A stretch of DNA of 64,000 nucleotides from an uncultured Clostridia bacterium (lineage in GTDB: Bacteria > Bacillota > Clostridia > Oscillospirales > CAG-272), in assembly GCA_904501985.1 (NCBI GenBank), contig CAJGCT010000002.1:3596-67595 (forward strand), in the 5' to 3' direction. This document shows positions 15,970-26,493 of this stretch, in pieces. Below the pieces are notes generated by a model that saw only the letters and a program-made list of their open reading frames with translations, had not been told where the DNA came from and did not search any database. A program made the translations under genes and the position numbers. Numbering within the stretch: position 1 is the stretch's first letter; each line of letters begins with the position of its first letter.

Positions 15970-17382
15970 TTGAAAATAGACTGGAATCGCAAATATACAA
16001 CCATTGCGATATATGCGGTAGTCACAGCATTTGCAATAATGCTGCTGTTCACGCTGTTTGTAAATTTTGACGGTGTTTCATCATTCTTTTCCGCACTTAA
16101 CGGAATAATGATGCCGTTTTACATCGGACTTGCCGTAGCATACATCGCAAATCCCATAATGAAGATGGCGGAAAAGCATATTTTTCGCTTTAAGGTCACA
16201 TCAAACCGCAGGTTTAATCTGAAACGCGGACTTTCCATAACGCTGGCACTGATCGTTCTGCTGATAATCCTGACCATACTCGTTCTATTGATTATACCGC
16301 AGGTCATACTGAGTCTCACCGACCTGGCATCAAAAATGAGCGGTTATATAGACAGCACTGTGGCATGGCTTGATGAATTTCTGCCGGACACTATATTTGA
16401 CAGTGCAAATCTCACCCTTGAGAATTTCTTTAATTCCCTCGTAAATTATTTTACCAATTCTTCCATCGGTGCAGAGCTTTCCGATATTTCCGCACAGCTT
16501 GATCTTATTTCCGATAACCTTGACACGCTTATCGCCAATTCGTTTACAATAATCAAGGATTATGTCCCCGTAGTATTCGATGCCTTTGCAGGCATGGCAA
16601 ACGGTGTGTTCAATGTAATTCTCGGAATATTCTTCGCAATATATACACTGTCCTCCAAGGAGAAGCTTATTGCACAGGTAAAAAAGGTTATCCGCGCATT
16701 CAGCACAGAGCAGCTGTATAACAGTATCCTTGAATTCGGAAACTTCACCAACAAAACCTTCGGTTCATATCTTATCGGTAAGATCCTTGACTCCTTCGTT
16801 GTGGGAATCATTATGTTCATCGCCTGTGCAATAGCACGCATACCTTATGCGCCTCTTGTAAGCGTTCTTGTGGCGATCACCAACATCATCCCCATCATCG
16901 GTCCTTTTATAGGGGCGATTCCGGGCGTTCTCATAATCTTCATCGTCGATCCTTCAAAGGTGCTTATTTTCATCATCATCAACATCCTGCTTCAGCAGAT
17001 AGACGGAAATATTATCGTTCCGAAGATTCTTGGCGAAACCACAGGTCTCAGCTCCCTTTGGGTGCTCTTCTCCATCACAGTGATGGGCGGACTTTGGGGT
17101 CTTACGGGAATGTTTATAAGTGTTCCGATCTTCGCTGTACTGTATATGCTCTTTAAGCTCTACATTGAAAAGCGTCTTCGTCAAAAAGAGCTTCCTACTG
17201 AGACTTTCGAATATTATACCGACCGCGAAAACCGTGCATTCCAGAATCACGATGACTACAATCACTCCTTTGCGGCACACATAAAGGCTTCGGCTGACAG
17301 TCTCGCAAAGCAGTCACCTATCGGTAAATTCTCCGAAAAGCTAAAAAAGAAAAAGCAGGACAAAAATAATAAAGATCAATAA
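15970..17382 (+). CDS. AI-2E family transporter (PerM/UPF0118)
   Basis: Multi-pass membrane protein with the IIPIIGPFIGAIPG...QQIDGNIIVPKILGE motif. TTG start after GGAGG. Confidence 0.85.
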   Translation: MKIDWNRKYTTIAIYAVVTAFAIMLLFTLFVNFDGVSSFFSALNGIMMPFYIGLAVAYIANPIMKMAEKHIFRFKVTSNRRFNLKRGLSITLALIVLLIILTILVLLIIPQVILSLTDLASKMSGYIDSTVAWLDEFLPDTIFDSANLTLENFFNSLVNYFTNSSIGAELSDISAQLDLISDNLDTLIANSFTIIKDYVPVVFDAFAGMANGVFNVILGIFFAIYTLSSKEKLIAQVKKVIRAFSTEQLYNSILEFGNFTNKTFGSYLIGKILDSFVVGIIMFIACAIARIPYAPLVSVLVAITNIIPIIGPFIGAIPGVLIIFIVDPSKVLIFIIINILLQQIDGNIIVPKILGETTGLSSLWVLFSITVMGGLWGLTGMFISVPIFAVLYMLFKLYIEKRLRQKELPTETFEYYTDRENRAFQNHDDYNHSFAAHIKASADSLAKQSPIGKFSEKLKKKKQDKNNKDQ

Positions 17383-17385
17383 CGC

Positions 17386-17421
17386 AAACGCTCCCGAGCA
17401 AAAATGCTCGGGAGCGTTTTT
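17386..17421 (+). terminator. Terminator of the AI-2E transporter gene
   Basis: AAACGCTCCCGAGC-N6-GCTCGGGAGCGTTTTT. Confidence 0.85.
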
Positions 17422-17443
17422 CTGTATTGTGTGGATCAGAACA

Positions 17444-17473
17444 TAAAAAAAGCCGTGCTGTGCACGGCTTTTC
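17444..17473 (-). terminator. Terminator after ftsZ
   Basis: AAAAAAAGCCGTGC-tgt-GCACGGCTTTT. Confidence 0.8.
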
Positions 17474-17484
17474 TGCATATTCAA

Positions 17485-18618
17485 TTATCTGCCCTTGTTG
17501 TTGCGGAGAATACCGAGTATCTCGCCGAAATCGTCATCGGAGATAACATCGCCATTTTCCTGCTTAGCACCTTCTTCGGATGCACCATTTGACTTGGTTT
17601 CAGCCGAAGCAGTTCCTGCTGCAGCATTTGCCTGAGTTTCAACAGTAGTCTGCATACTCTTGGGAGCACTGTCAAAGCCTGTAGCGATAACGGTAATGCG
17701 CATTTCATCCTCAAGGGAGGGATCGAATGCCACACCGAAGATAACATTGGCATCAACGTGTGCTTCATCCTTGACCATACTAGAAGCAGTATCAACATCT
17801 TCAAGGGTCATATCAGCAGAACCGGTAATGGAGAGGATTATGCCGCGTGCACCTGCGATAGATGTTTCAAGCAGCGGGCTGGAGATTGCAGCCTTTGCTG
17901 CAAGAGCCGCCTTTTCCTTACCTGTAGCACTGCCCACACCCATATGAGCGTAGCCGGCATTGGTCATGATAGCGGTAACGTCTGCAAAGTCGAGGTTAAT
18001 GAAGCCGTCAACCGCGATAAGCTCTGCAACGCTCTGTACACCGTGACGAAGAACGTCATCGGCAACCTCAAATGCGTTTACGAGGGTTATTCTTGTATCG
18101 GATACCTGCTTAAGTCTTTCGTTGGGAACAATAATGAGGGAGTCAACTACCTCAATAAGATTCTTGATGCCTGCCTCTGCCTGAGCCATACGAACCTTGC
18201 CCTCGAAAGCGAAAGGCTTGGTTACAACACCGACAGTAAGTATGCCCATGTCTCTTGCGGTCTTTGCTACGATAGGAGCGGCACCTGTACCTGTACCGCC
18301 GCCCATACCTGCGGTAACAAATACCATCTGAGTGCCCTCAAGCATCTTCTTGATTTCCTCTATGGATTCCTCGGCAGCTCTTGCACCGATTTCAGGATTA
18401 GCACCTGCTCCGCGACCCTTGGTGATCTTCTCACCGATGTCGATCTTGGTAACGGCGTTGGATCTTGAGAGAGCCTGTCTGTCGGTATTGATAGCGACAA
18501 ACTCCACGCCGCGCATATTAGCGGCAATCATGCGGTTAACAGCGTTGTTTCCGCCGCCGCCCACGCCGATTACTTTTATATTCACATTTCCAAAGTTATT
18601 GTCGAGTTCGAAAGCCAT
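17485..18618 (-). CDS. ftsZ: Cell division GTPase FtsZ
   Basis: [13 protein letters not shown] and [10 protein letters not shown] tubulin signature, plus a C-terminal conserved peptide [12 protein letters not shown]. Confidence 0.97.
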   Translation of the reverse strand: MAFELDNNFGNVNIKVIGVGGGGNNAVNRMIAANMRGVEFVAINTDRQALSRSNAVTKIDIGEKITKGRGAGANPEIGARAAEESIEEIKKMLEGTQMVFVTAGMGGGTGTGAAPIVAKTARDMGILTVGVVTKPFAFEGKVRMAQAEAGIKNLIEVVDSLIIVPNERLKQVSDTRITLVNAFEVADDVLRHGVQSVAELIAVDGFINLDFADVTAIMTNAGYAHMGVGSATGKEKAALAAKAAISSPLLETSIAGARGIILSITGSADMTLEDVDTASSMVKDEAHVDANVIFGVAFDPSLEDEMRITVIATGFDSAPKSMQTTVETQANAAAGTASAETKSNGASEEGAKQENGDVISDDDFGEILGILRNNKGR

Positions 18619-18772
18619 TTTTCAGTATCCTCCTAATTTTTCTATGTCCGATTATCGAAATTCTTCGATATAAAACTCATCATATAATAATATAATAATA
18701 TTAAATTGCAATTTTTGCAATAGGTTTTAAAAAAGTTTAATATTTTTTTACGTTTAATGCACAATTTACGCG

Positions 18773-19648
18773 TTACCGTTTGTCAAACTCGATTATAAGG
18801 TTAGGATTTTTTATAACCGGGCACTGTGCAGGATCGTTGGCATCAATGGTAGCAGGTACTCCATCGGAGAACACTTCGCTTTCAAGCATTCCCGCAACTG
18901 CGGTAAGCTTTGTATTAAGCTCGTCCCCGTTGCCGAGATCCACAAGATAAATATCCTTCGCAACAAGCGCTAAATTGAATCTGTCCCGAAGATCAAATGC
19001 CGTGGTGCTTCGAAACAGGGGACTTGATTCAAGAGCATCAATGTACGCGCTGACATACCGTGCGGACACCTCAGCGGCAAATTCAACCTTATATCCTACC
19101 ATCGCGCTGTTCACTTCCGGAAGCAGCAGTCGAATAAGCCCCTCATCCTCAAGTGTCGACATATCAAATACACGCTCAAGCACACGAAGCTCGTCCGAAA
19201 GCACGAAATACTCACCGTACAGCTCACACACGTACCTTGGCTCATCCTCGGTAACCTTTATCACCAACGTATGAGGCAGCTTCCTTACGATACGTGCCTG
19301 CTCTATATACGCAAGCCGTCCGCGAAGTCCGTCAAGATCGGAATTTGATATTTCATAAAGGCTGAGCCCTTCTTCAATGTCCGTAACCGCAAGAATATCT
19401 TCTTTTGAATATCTGGACGTTCCCACGATCTCTATTTCTTTAACCCGAAAGAACACCGCAAGACATATTATAACAAATACGGCACTGAGCAGTCCGAATA
19501 TCAGAAAATATGTAAATCTTGAAAAGTGTTTTCGCGTCCGATTGTGCCTTTGGAATTTCTGAAGGCTTTCCTTGCTTTTTATTCTGGCAAGCTCATTATC
19601 GTCACCGGTAAAGAATCGGCTCTCCCGGCGGTCGCTCGAATGGCTCAT
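18773..19648 (-). CDS. ftsQ: Cell division protein FtsQ/DivIB (TM plus POTRA)
   Basis: Single TM helix followed by a POTRA-like segment (VKEIEIVGTSRYSKEDIL), at the expected position in the dcw cluster. Confidence 0.8.
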   Translation of the reverse strand: MSHSSDRRESRFFTGDDNELARIKSKESLQKFQRHNRTRKHFSRFTYFLIFGLLSAVFVIICLAVFFRVKEIEIVGTSRYSKEDILAVTDIEEGLSLYEISNSDLDGLRGRLAYIEQARIVRKLPHTLVIKVTEDEPRYVCELYGEYFVLSDELRVLERVFDMSTLEDEGLIRLLLPEVNSAMVGYKVEFAAEVSARYVSAYIDALESSPLFRSTTAFDLRDRFNLALVAKDIYLVDLGNGDELNTKLTAVAGMLESEVFSDGVPATIDANDPAQCPVIKNPNLIIEFDKR

Positions 19649-19819
19649 ACGCTTACCCTCCGTGAGTTATGTCCTTTCCGACGATTTTAAGATATCAGCC
19701 CGCGCAAAAGCACAAGGCAAAATACCGCCTTTGTAATATTATATCATAGTCAACTGTAAAAAGTCAAGTAATTTACGACGATTTGTGCGATTATTTGCAG
19801 ATTTTTTCATGCAATTCGG

Positions 19820-20941
19820 TTATTTTTTGCCTGCGAGGGAAATAAGATCAAAATATATGCTTCGGTTGGCATCCGGCAGGGCAAACTTTGATATATTTAA
19901 AGACATATCAGCACGTTTCTTGGGATTTGCAAGCAGTTCTGCCATTGTGTTTGTGAGTTTATCACCCACAAGCTCGTTTTCGCAGAATACATAAGCCGCA
20001 TTGGCATCTGCCAGCACCTTGGCATTTTTGTATTGGTGATTGTCCGCAACGTGAGGTGACGGAATCAGAACACAGCATTTATTAAGTGCCGCCAGCTCCG
20101 AAAGGGTCATTGCACCGGCACGACTGACCACAATATCCGCCGCCGCCATAAGCTCCGGCATATTGTAGATGTATTCCCGTATCTGAATATTCTCGTATTT
20201 ATCAAGACCGTACTCTTTAGCCTTGAGCATTGCGGCTTCATGCTCAATTGCGCCTGTAGCGTGAATATGAAGAAGCTCAGGGTGATCCTTGGTATAGCTT
20301 CTCATAAATTCAAGCATCTCGTCGTTTACCTTTTCAGCACCCATGCTTCCGCCATATGACAGGATAAGGTGCTTGTATTTTCCATCAATTCCAAGCGCAC
20401 GTCTCGCCTCTGAATATTTCAGCGAGGAAAACTCAGGCTTTATGGGATTTCCCACCCTGACGGTCTTATGGCTGTACGCATCTCCGAGAGCCACAGCGGT
20501 AGCTTCAAAATTCACGTAGATACGGTCAACATACCGCGCAAGCATCTTAACCGCCACTCCGGGGATAGCGTTGGATTCATGCACCGCGGTAGGAATACCC
20601 ATGGAAGACGCGGCTTTAAGGAGCGGCCAGCACACATATCCGCCCGTTCCTACAACAATATCCGGCTTGAACTCCCGAAGAAGCTTTTTTGCTTTCATGG
20701 GAGAGGTAAAGGCAAGCCACGCGGATTTAATATTGTAAGGGGTCAGCTTCCGCTTGAATCCCTGCACCTCAACATGGTGAAGCTTATATCCTTCCTTTGG
20801 CACAAGCTTGTTTTCAATACCGCGGGATGTTCCTACAAATTCTATCTGTGAGCCCGGAAGATTTTCCCGTATGCTGTTGGCGATGGCAATTGCGGGATTC
20901 ACATGACCGCCTGTACCGCCGCCTGTCATTAAAACTTTCAC
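19820..20941 (-). CDS. murG: UDP-N-acetylglucosamine--N-acetylmuramyl-(pentapeptide) pyrophosphoryl-undecaprenol GlcNAc transferase
   Basis: MKVLMTGGGTGGHVNPAIAIA. Confidence 0.95.
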   Translation of the reverse strand: MKVLMTGGGTGGHVNPAIAIANSIRENLPGSQIEFVGTSRGIENKLVPKEGYKLHHVEVQGFKRKLTPYNIKSAWLAFTSPMKAKKLLREFKPDIVVGTGGYVCWPLLKAASSMGIPTAVHESNAIPGVAVKMLARYVDRIYVNFEATAVALGDAYSHKTVRVGNPIKPEFSSLKYSEARRALGIDGKYKHLILSYGGSMGAEKVNDEMLEFMRSYTKDHPELLHIHATGAIEHEAAMLKAKEYGLDKYENIQIREYIYNMPELMAAADIVVSRAGAMTLSELAALNKCCVLIPSPHVADNHQYKNAKVLADANAAYVFCENELVGDKLTNTMAELLANPKKRADMSLNISKFALPDANRSIYFDLISLAGKK

Positions 20942-20971
20942 TGTATAATCCTCTTTTGCTTGATTTTAAGC

Positions 20972-22423
20972 TTATTTTTGCTGTTTTGAGAAACGTGAAA
21001 TGGACAAAACAATTCCCATTTCAACCATAAGCACGCAGAGTGATGAGCCGCCGTATGAGAAAAACGGCAGTGAAATGCCTGTGTTGGGAATGGAATTGGT
21101 TACAACCGCGATGTTAAGAAGTGCCTGAAGTACAACCTTTCCAACAATACCAACAACCACAAGGGATGAATATATGTCCGGAGCCTTCATAGCTATAAGA
21201 AATCCGCGCCAAGCGAACAGGACGAACAGTACAACCACCGCAACGGCACCGATAAAGCCCAGCTCCTCACATACTATTGTAAAAATGAAGTCGTTCTGGG
21301 GCTGTGATACGAACAGATGCTTCTGATAGCTCTCACCAAGTCCCTCTCCGAACAGTCCGCCTGAGCCGATAGCATACAGTCCCTGCAAAGTCTGATATCC
21401 TGCACCTCTCGGATCATTTTCGGGATGAAGCCAAATGTCTATACGGCGTTTGGTATACGGAGTCACCACGCTGATGATTCCAAGCAGTGCAACGCCGACG
21501 CCGCCCATTCCGATAAGCAGACGAAGGGGTGTACCGCTTGCAAAAATGATTATGATTCCTATCATAAACATAATAATAGTACCGGAAAGGTGCTTCTCAA
21601 TAATAACAAGAACACACGCTATGGCAGTAATTGCAAGAGGTACAAATGTGCCGAAGAACGATGCTCTTATGAGATTCGATTTGTCTGTTGCACGTTCATA
21701 ATATCTGTCGCAAAACCATGCAAGCATCAAAACAAGTCCAAGCTTCATAAACTCAGAGGGCTGAATATCGGTGAATCCCAAGTCTATCCAACGTTTAGCG
21801 CCGTTTCGCTCAGCACCGATTATAGGCACAAGGCACAGTAAGAAGAAGCACACGATGTAAAACGGCACAGAAAAACGCTTATACCATTCAGGCTTGAACC
21901 ATGCTGCTGCCGCCATACCGATAAATCCAACCACGATGAATATAAACTGCCTGAATATTATGTAATAGCTGTCATCGTATTTGTTTTTGGAGTACACGTA
22001 GCTTGCCGAATACACCATGATAGTACCGAAAGCAAGAAGTATCAGAACCAGCACCAAAAATACATAGTCTATACTTCCCTGCTCGCGCACGATATTTCGC
22101 TTTTCAAGAACAGTACGGTCCACCGCAAAGGTCTTTTTAAGCCATACAACCGTGCTGTTTTCCTGCTTTCTCACGGCAGGCGCGGTGGTTCTTGCAGGCT
22201 GCACTGATGTTTGGCGTACAGGCGCACTGCGTCTGGCTGTACCGCCGTTTTGACTGATCGTGCGGCGTGCCTGCATATTTGTGTGGCCTTGCGCGCCGCT
22301 TGCTCTCGGCGCACTGCCCGGCTTGTTTCCTTGACGACCGCTGTCGGCTGATCCGTTTTCACGCCGTGAGCCGCCGTTATTTCTGTTATAATAATTCCGC
22401 TTGTCGTCGTGCAAACAGATCAC
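20972..22423 (-). CDS. ftsW: SEDS-family peptidoglycan glycosyltransferase FtsW/SpoVE with a ~115-aa Arg/Gly/Ser-rich N-terminal extension
   Basis: Polytopic SEDS core (LPFFSYGGSS) and dcw context. Confidence 0.9.
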   Translation of the reverse strand: MICLHDDKRNYYNRNNGGSRRENGSADSGRQGNKPGSAPRASGAQGHTNMQARRTISQNGGTARRSAPVRQTSVQPARTTAPAVRKQENSTVVWLKKTFAVDRTVLEKRNIVREQGSIDYVFLVLVLILLAFGTIMVYSASYVYSKNKYDDSYYIIFRQFIFIVVGFIGMAAAAWFKPEWYKRFSVPFYIVCFFLLCLVPIIGAERNGAKRWIDLGFTDIQPSEFMKLGLVLMLAWFCDRYYERATDKSNLIRASFFGTFVPLAITAIACVLVIIEKHLSGTIIMFMIGIIIIFASGTPLRLLIGMGGVGVALLGIISVVTPYTKRRIDIWLHPENDPRGAGYQTLQGLYAIGSGGLFGEGLGESYQKHLFVSQPQNDFIFTIVCEELGFIGAVAVVVLFVLFAWRGFLIAMKAPDIYSSLVVVGIVGKVVLQALLNIAVVTNSIPNTGISLPFFSYGGSSLCVLMVEMGIVLSISRFSKQQK

Positions 22424-22444
22424 CTCCGATAATCAGATGTTTGT

Positions 22445-23437
22445 TTAAATTCCGAAATATGCCACAGCTCCTGCAATGAGTGTAACAAGAGAGGACACAC
22501 CCACTATCTTAAGCTCCGACCATCCGCATTTTTCAAAGTGATGATGGATGGGTGCCATCTTGAATATGCGCTTTTTTGTCAGCTTGTAGCATCCAACCTG
22601 CAAAATAACGGACAGCGTTTCAAGAATATAGATTATGCCCACGATAATAACGATAAGTGGGTTATCTATCATATACGCCATGCCTATAACGAACGCGCCA
22701 AGGAAAAGCGAGCCTGTGTCTCCCATAAAAACACGTGCAGGATAGAAGTTGTAAACGAGGAAGCCGAGGCAGGCTCCCATGGCAATACCCGATGCCGCAA
22801 CCGTAGGAAGTGCCTCTATGGCAAATCCTGCCACCGCGAAGAACGCTCCCACCGCAAGAGTAACGCTTGCGGCAAGTCCGTCGATGCCGTCAGTGAGATT
22901 TACCGCATTGACAATTCCCGTAATAAGCAATATCGATAAAATATAGTAAAATATTCCAAGCTCTGCTGTAATATCGGTAAACGGTATGCGTACCCCGGTT
23001 GTAATGTTTCCGGTAAGCTTCAGTGCCGCCAGAAGCAGTCCTGCCGACACAAGCTGAAGTAAATATTTCTGAGATGCCGTAAGTCCTTCGTTTCGGTGGT
23101 TTTTAAATTTGGTAAGATCGTCAACCACGCCGATAGCACCGTTCATTACAGCAAAAATCATGACTATAATCAGCTTCTCGAGTCCTGCATCATTCTCGGT
23201 AACACGCATAGCCACAGCCAAAGCAACAAAAGCAATAACAGAGGCTATTATAAAGCTTATTCCGCCCATTGTAGGCGTGCCTTCCTTGCTTTTATGCCAT
23301 CTTGGACCGATATCCAGTATCTGCTGACCCATTTTCATGCTTTTAAGCTTGGGAATAAGTATTCTAGCCAAAAATGCCGTCAAAATAAACGTTCCGAGTA
23401 TGGCAGGAATAAAATATGCAATCATCGTTGTCTTCAT
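22445..23437 (-). CDS. mraY: Phospho-N-acetylmuramoyl-pentapeptide transferase
   Basis: VVDDLTKF and NAVNLTDGIDGLA motifs. Confidence 0.95.
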   Translation of the reverse strand: MKTTMIAYFIPAILGTFILTAFLARILIPKLKSMKMGQQILDIGPRWHKSKEGTPTMGGISFIIASVIAFVALAVAMRVTENDAGLEKLIIVMIFAVMNGAIGVVDDLTKFKNHRNEGLTASQKYLLQLVSAGLLLAALKLTGNITTGVRIPFTDITAELGIFYYILSILLITGIVNAVNLTDGIDGLAASVTLAVGAFFAVAGFAIEALPTVAASGIAMGACLGFLVYNFYPARVFMGDTGSLFLGAFVIGMAYMIDNPLIVIIVGIIYILETLSVILQVGCYKLTKKRIFKMAPIHHHFEKCGWSELKIVGVSSLVTLIAGAVAYFGI

Positions 23438-23453
23438 AGCCTAAACCTCACAG

Positions 23454-24881
23454 TCATTTATCAGCATCAATAAGAGCCTTAAGCTCCTCTATAACCCGTT
23501 CAAGCTGTACCGCGCGGCTTGCCTTAAAGAGAACCGCATCACCTTTTGACACAAGCTCATATACCGTCTTTGCCGCCGCCAAGGGATTATCTGTATTTGT
23601 ATTTACGCTGATATTCTCCGCTTTAAGTCCCTGATTGATAGCACCAAGGGCGATATTCTCCGCTTCTCTTCCGAAAGTCACAAGATTCGATATGTGCCTT
23701 GACGCCACAAGCGCACCGACCTCCATGTGAAGCTGTTTTGAATAATCGCCAAGCTCACGCATATCGCCAAGCACCGCCACACTGCGGCATTTGTTTTTCT
23801 CAGCAAGACGGGCAAGTACCTCCACCGCCGCTTTCATGGACTCAGGCCCTGCATTATAGCAGTCCTCGATTATCGTGATCCCGCCGTACTCGTAGATATT
23901 CTGTCGCATTCCCGTGTTATGGAAGGACATAAGTCCGCGCTTGATCTCATCATCGTCCATTCCGAGAAGGATTCCCACAACGAATGCATAGGTGGCATCG
24001 TAAACATTGTGGCGTCCGATGCACGGTATCTTCACATTGGTTACAACACGTCTGCCTGCCACAAGGTCAAACTCGGTGCTATTTTCATACTCGCGGATAT
24101 TCAGTGCCCGGTAATCCGCCTGTGGATTCTGGAGAGACACAAAGATAAGATTCTGTGAAAGCTTACCCTTCTGCGCAAACAGCATCGGCTCATCGGCGTT
24201 GAGGATCACATATCCGTTCTCAGGCACACCCTCCGCTATTTCAAGCTTGGCTTTGCAGATGTTCTCCCTTGAACCGAGATTTTCTATATGGGAGTTTCCG
24301 ATATTGGTAATAAGGGCGATATCGGGCTTCGCAATTGCTGTCATACGTGATATTTCACCAAGTCCGCTCATTCCCATTTCAAGAACACACACCTGCGCCG
24401 TCTCCGGCATATCAAGCACAGATAACGGCATACCGATCTCATTATTAAAATTGCCGGCAGTTTTATGTGCAAGATACTTCGCACCGGCTACGGCATACAC
24501 AAACTCTTTGGTAGTTGTTTTGCCCACACTTCCCGTAACGGCAACGGTGCGCGGATGTATGCGCTCCTTGTAAGCACCGGCAATCATTCCCAGTGCTTCT
24601 ATTGAATCGCGCACTACAAGTATTCGCTTTGCGTCATCCTCGTTAGTACCGTCGGGAATACGCTCTGCAATTACTGCTGCCGCACCTTTTGACAAAGCCT
24701 GACAAATGAAATCATGTCCGTCGAATCGCTCACCCTTCAGCGCAACAAAAAGCGCACCCGACTCAGCTTCTCTTGAATCGGTAACGATGGATGTTATATC
24801 GTCGGACAGCGAGCATTTTGCACCGACTATGTGCGCAAGCTCCGCCGTATTAAAAATTGCTTTTTTATACTTTATTCCCAT
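23454..24881 (-). CDS. murF: UDP-N-acetylmuramoyl-tripeptide--D-alanyl-D-alanine ligase
   Basis: Mur ligase motif VTGSVGKTTTKE and dcw position after murE. Confidence 0.93.
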   Translation of the reverse strand: MGIKYKKAIFNTAELAHIVGAKCSLSDDITSIVTDSREAESGALFVALKGERFDGHDFICQALSKGAAAVIAERIPDGTNEDDAKRILVVRDSIEALGMIAGAYKERIHPRTVAVTGSVGKTTTKEFVYAVAGAKYLAHKTAGNFNNEIGMPLSVLDMPETAQVCVLEMGMSGLGEISRMTAIAKPDIALITNIGNSHIENLGSRENICKAKLEIAEGVPENGYVILNADEPMLFAQKGKLSQNLIFVSLQNPQADYRALNIREYENSTEFDLVAGRRVVTNVKIPCIGRHNVYDATYAFVVGILLGMDDDEIKRGLMSFHNTGMRQNIYEYGGITIIEDCYNAGPESMKAAVEVLARLAEKNKCRSVAVLGDMRELGDYSKQLHMEVGALVASRHISNLVTFGREAENIALGAINQGLKAENISVNTNTDNPLAAAKTVYELVSKGDAVLFKASRAVQLERVIEELKALIDADK

Positions 24882-24904
24882 TTTGTCAGTTCCTTTCTGT
24901 TATG

Positions 24905-26425
24905 TCACGGCATTTGGCTGTCCTGCATTCGCCGAATAGTGCGGTGAATTATTTCCGATTCGGAAAAAGGATGCTTTCCGTCGGCATCTATTAGATAATC
25001 CTCATGACCCTTGCCGGCAAGAAGAATAAGATCGCCCGGTCTATGGTTCAGGATAACGTGCTCGATTGCCTTTTCGCGTTTTTCTATTACCTTGCACTCA
25101 GCACCGTCAGCCGCGCCTCTCAGGATATCGCATATTATGGCTCTCGGATTCTCAGTGCGGCTGTTGTCGCCTGTAATTACCGTTAAGTTAGCCATTGTCG
25201 TGGCAACTCTGCCCATTATGGGACGCTTCGAGCGGTCTCTGTCGCCGCCGCAGCCGAAAACCACCACAAGACGTCCACGCGGCTTCTTCAGCGCCAGCAT
25301 ACAGCGAAGTACATTTTCAAGTGCGTCCGGAGTGTGCGCGTAATCAATGAAGATTTCAAAATCGCATCCGTCGTAAAGTGCTACACGCTCCATACGACCC
25401 GGCACCTGCGGACAGCCTGCAAGTGCTTCTCTGATAACATCAGACTTTATGGCAAACAGTCTTGCTGTGCCTGCCGCCGCAAGGGTATTTGAAACACAAA
25501 AAGCTCCTGCTATAGGACAGCTTACGGTGCAGTACTCATTTTTGTCATGAAATGTGTAGGATATTCCGTCTGCCGACTCAGTGGCTGCACCTGAAGCATA
25601 GTAGTGTGCCTGTGCACCCTCTGCAGAGTAAGTGACATACGGTATGTCAAGCTCTCCCAAAAGTCTCTGCCCAAAGCGGTCATCAACGTTGATAAGTGCC
25701 GTGCCGCAAAGCTCAAAAAGCCGCTTTTTGGCAAGATAATACGATTCCATATCTCCGTGATAGTCGAGATGATCCTGCGTCAGTCCTGTGAATATTCCCA
25801 CAGCGAATCTGATGGGGTCAAGCCTGTACTGCGAAAGTGAATGGGACGACGCTTCCATAAACACTACCTCAACTCCTGCGTCAGCCATTCTTGCAAGCAT
25901 GGGATACAGCTTTTCCGGTGCAGGTGTGGTCATGGAATTAACATTTGATTCTGCGCTGTCAGAAAGAATTACGGGTTCGTCACCAACAAGACAGCGCACC
26001 GTTCCGATAACGCCCGTCATGTACCCGGCTCGCTTAAATATTTCTCTGAGGAAATATGTTGTAGAAGTTTTTCCGTTTGTACCCGTCACAGCCGCAAATA
26101 TCATGCGCTCTGTGGGGCGTCCGCAGTATTCGTTCCACATATGCGCACAGGCAAGGCGCGTATTATCAACGGTTATGTACGGTATTTCCGGATGTGCCGC
26201 AAGATAGGGTGTAACACGCTCGCATACTATAAGCGAAGCACCGTGATCTACCGCAGTACAGATAAAATCGTGTCCGTCTACCTTACCGCCTGCAATGCAG
26301 ATAAAAGTGTCCCCGCCTGTACATTCAAGTGAGTTCGTGCGGAGCATTCCGCACTCCATATCAAAATTTTCAAGATTTGTTCCCGTAATGCCTACATTAC
26401 GTGTGAGATACAAAAGATTTGCCAT
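24905..26425 (-). CDS. murE: UDP-N-acetylmuramoyl-L-alanyl-D-glutamate--2,6-diaminopimelate (or L-Lys) ligase
   Basis: VTGTNGKTSTTYF. The start was set at MANLLY because AGGGGGA lies 8 nt upstream (the ORF track starts 7 codons earlier). Confidence 0.93.
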   Translation of the reverse strand: MANLLYLTRNVGITGTNLENFDMECGMLRTNSLECTGGDTFICIAGGKVDGHDFICTAVDHGASLIVCERVTPYLAAHPEIPYITVDNTRLACAHMWNEYCGRPTERMIFAAVTGTNGKTSTTYFLREIFKRAGYMTGVIGTVRCLVGDEPVILSDSAESNVNSMTTPAPEKLYPMLARMADAGVEVVFMEASSHSLSQYRLDPIRFAVGIFTGLTQDHLDYHGDMESYYLAKKRLFELCGTALINVDDRFGQRLLGELDIPYVTYSAEGAQAHYYASGAATESADGISYTFHDKNEYCTVSCPIAGAFCVSNTLAAAGTARLFAIKSDVIREALAGCPQVPGRMERVALYDGCDFEIFIDYAHTPDALENVLRCMLALKKPRGRLVVVFGCGGDRDRSKRPIMGRVATTMANLTVITGDNSRTENPRAIICDILRGAADGAECKVIEKREKAIEHVILNHRPGDLILLAGKGHEDYLIDADGKHPFSESEIIHRTIRRMQDSQMP

Positions 26426-26493
26426 TATTATCTTCCCCCTTAGCATTATACCTTTAATATGATATTTACGCCAAGGGGAAGATATTTATGACA

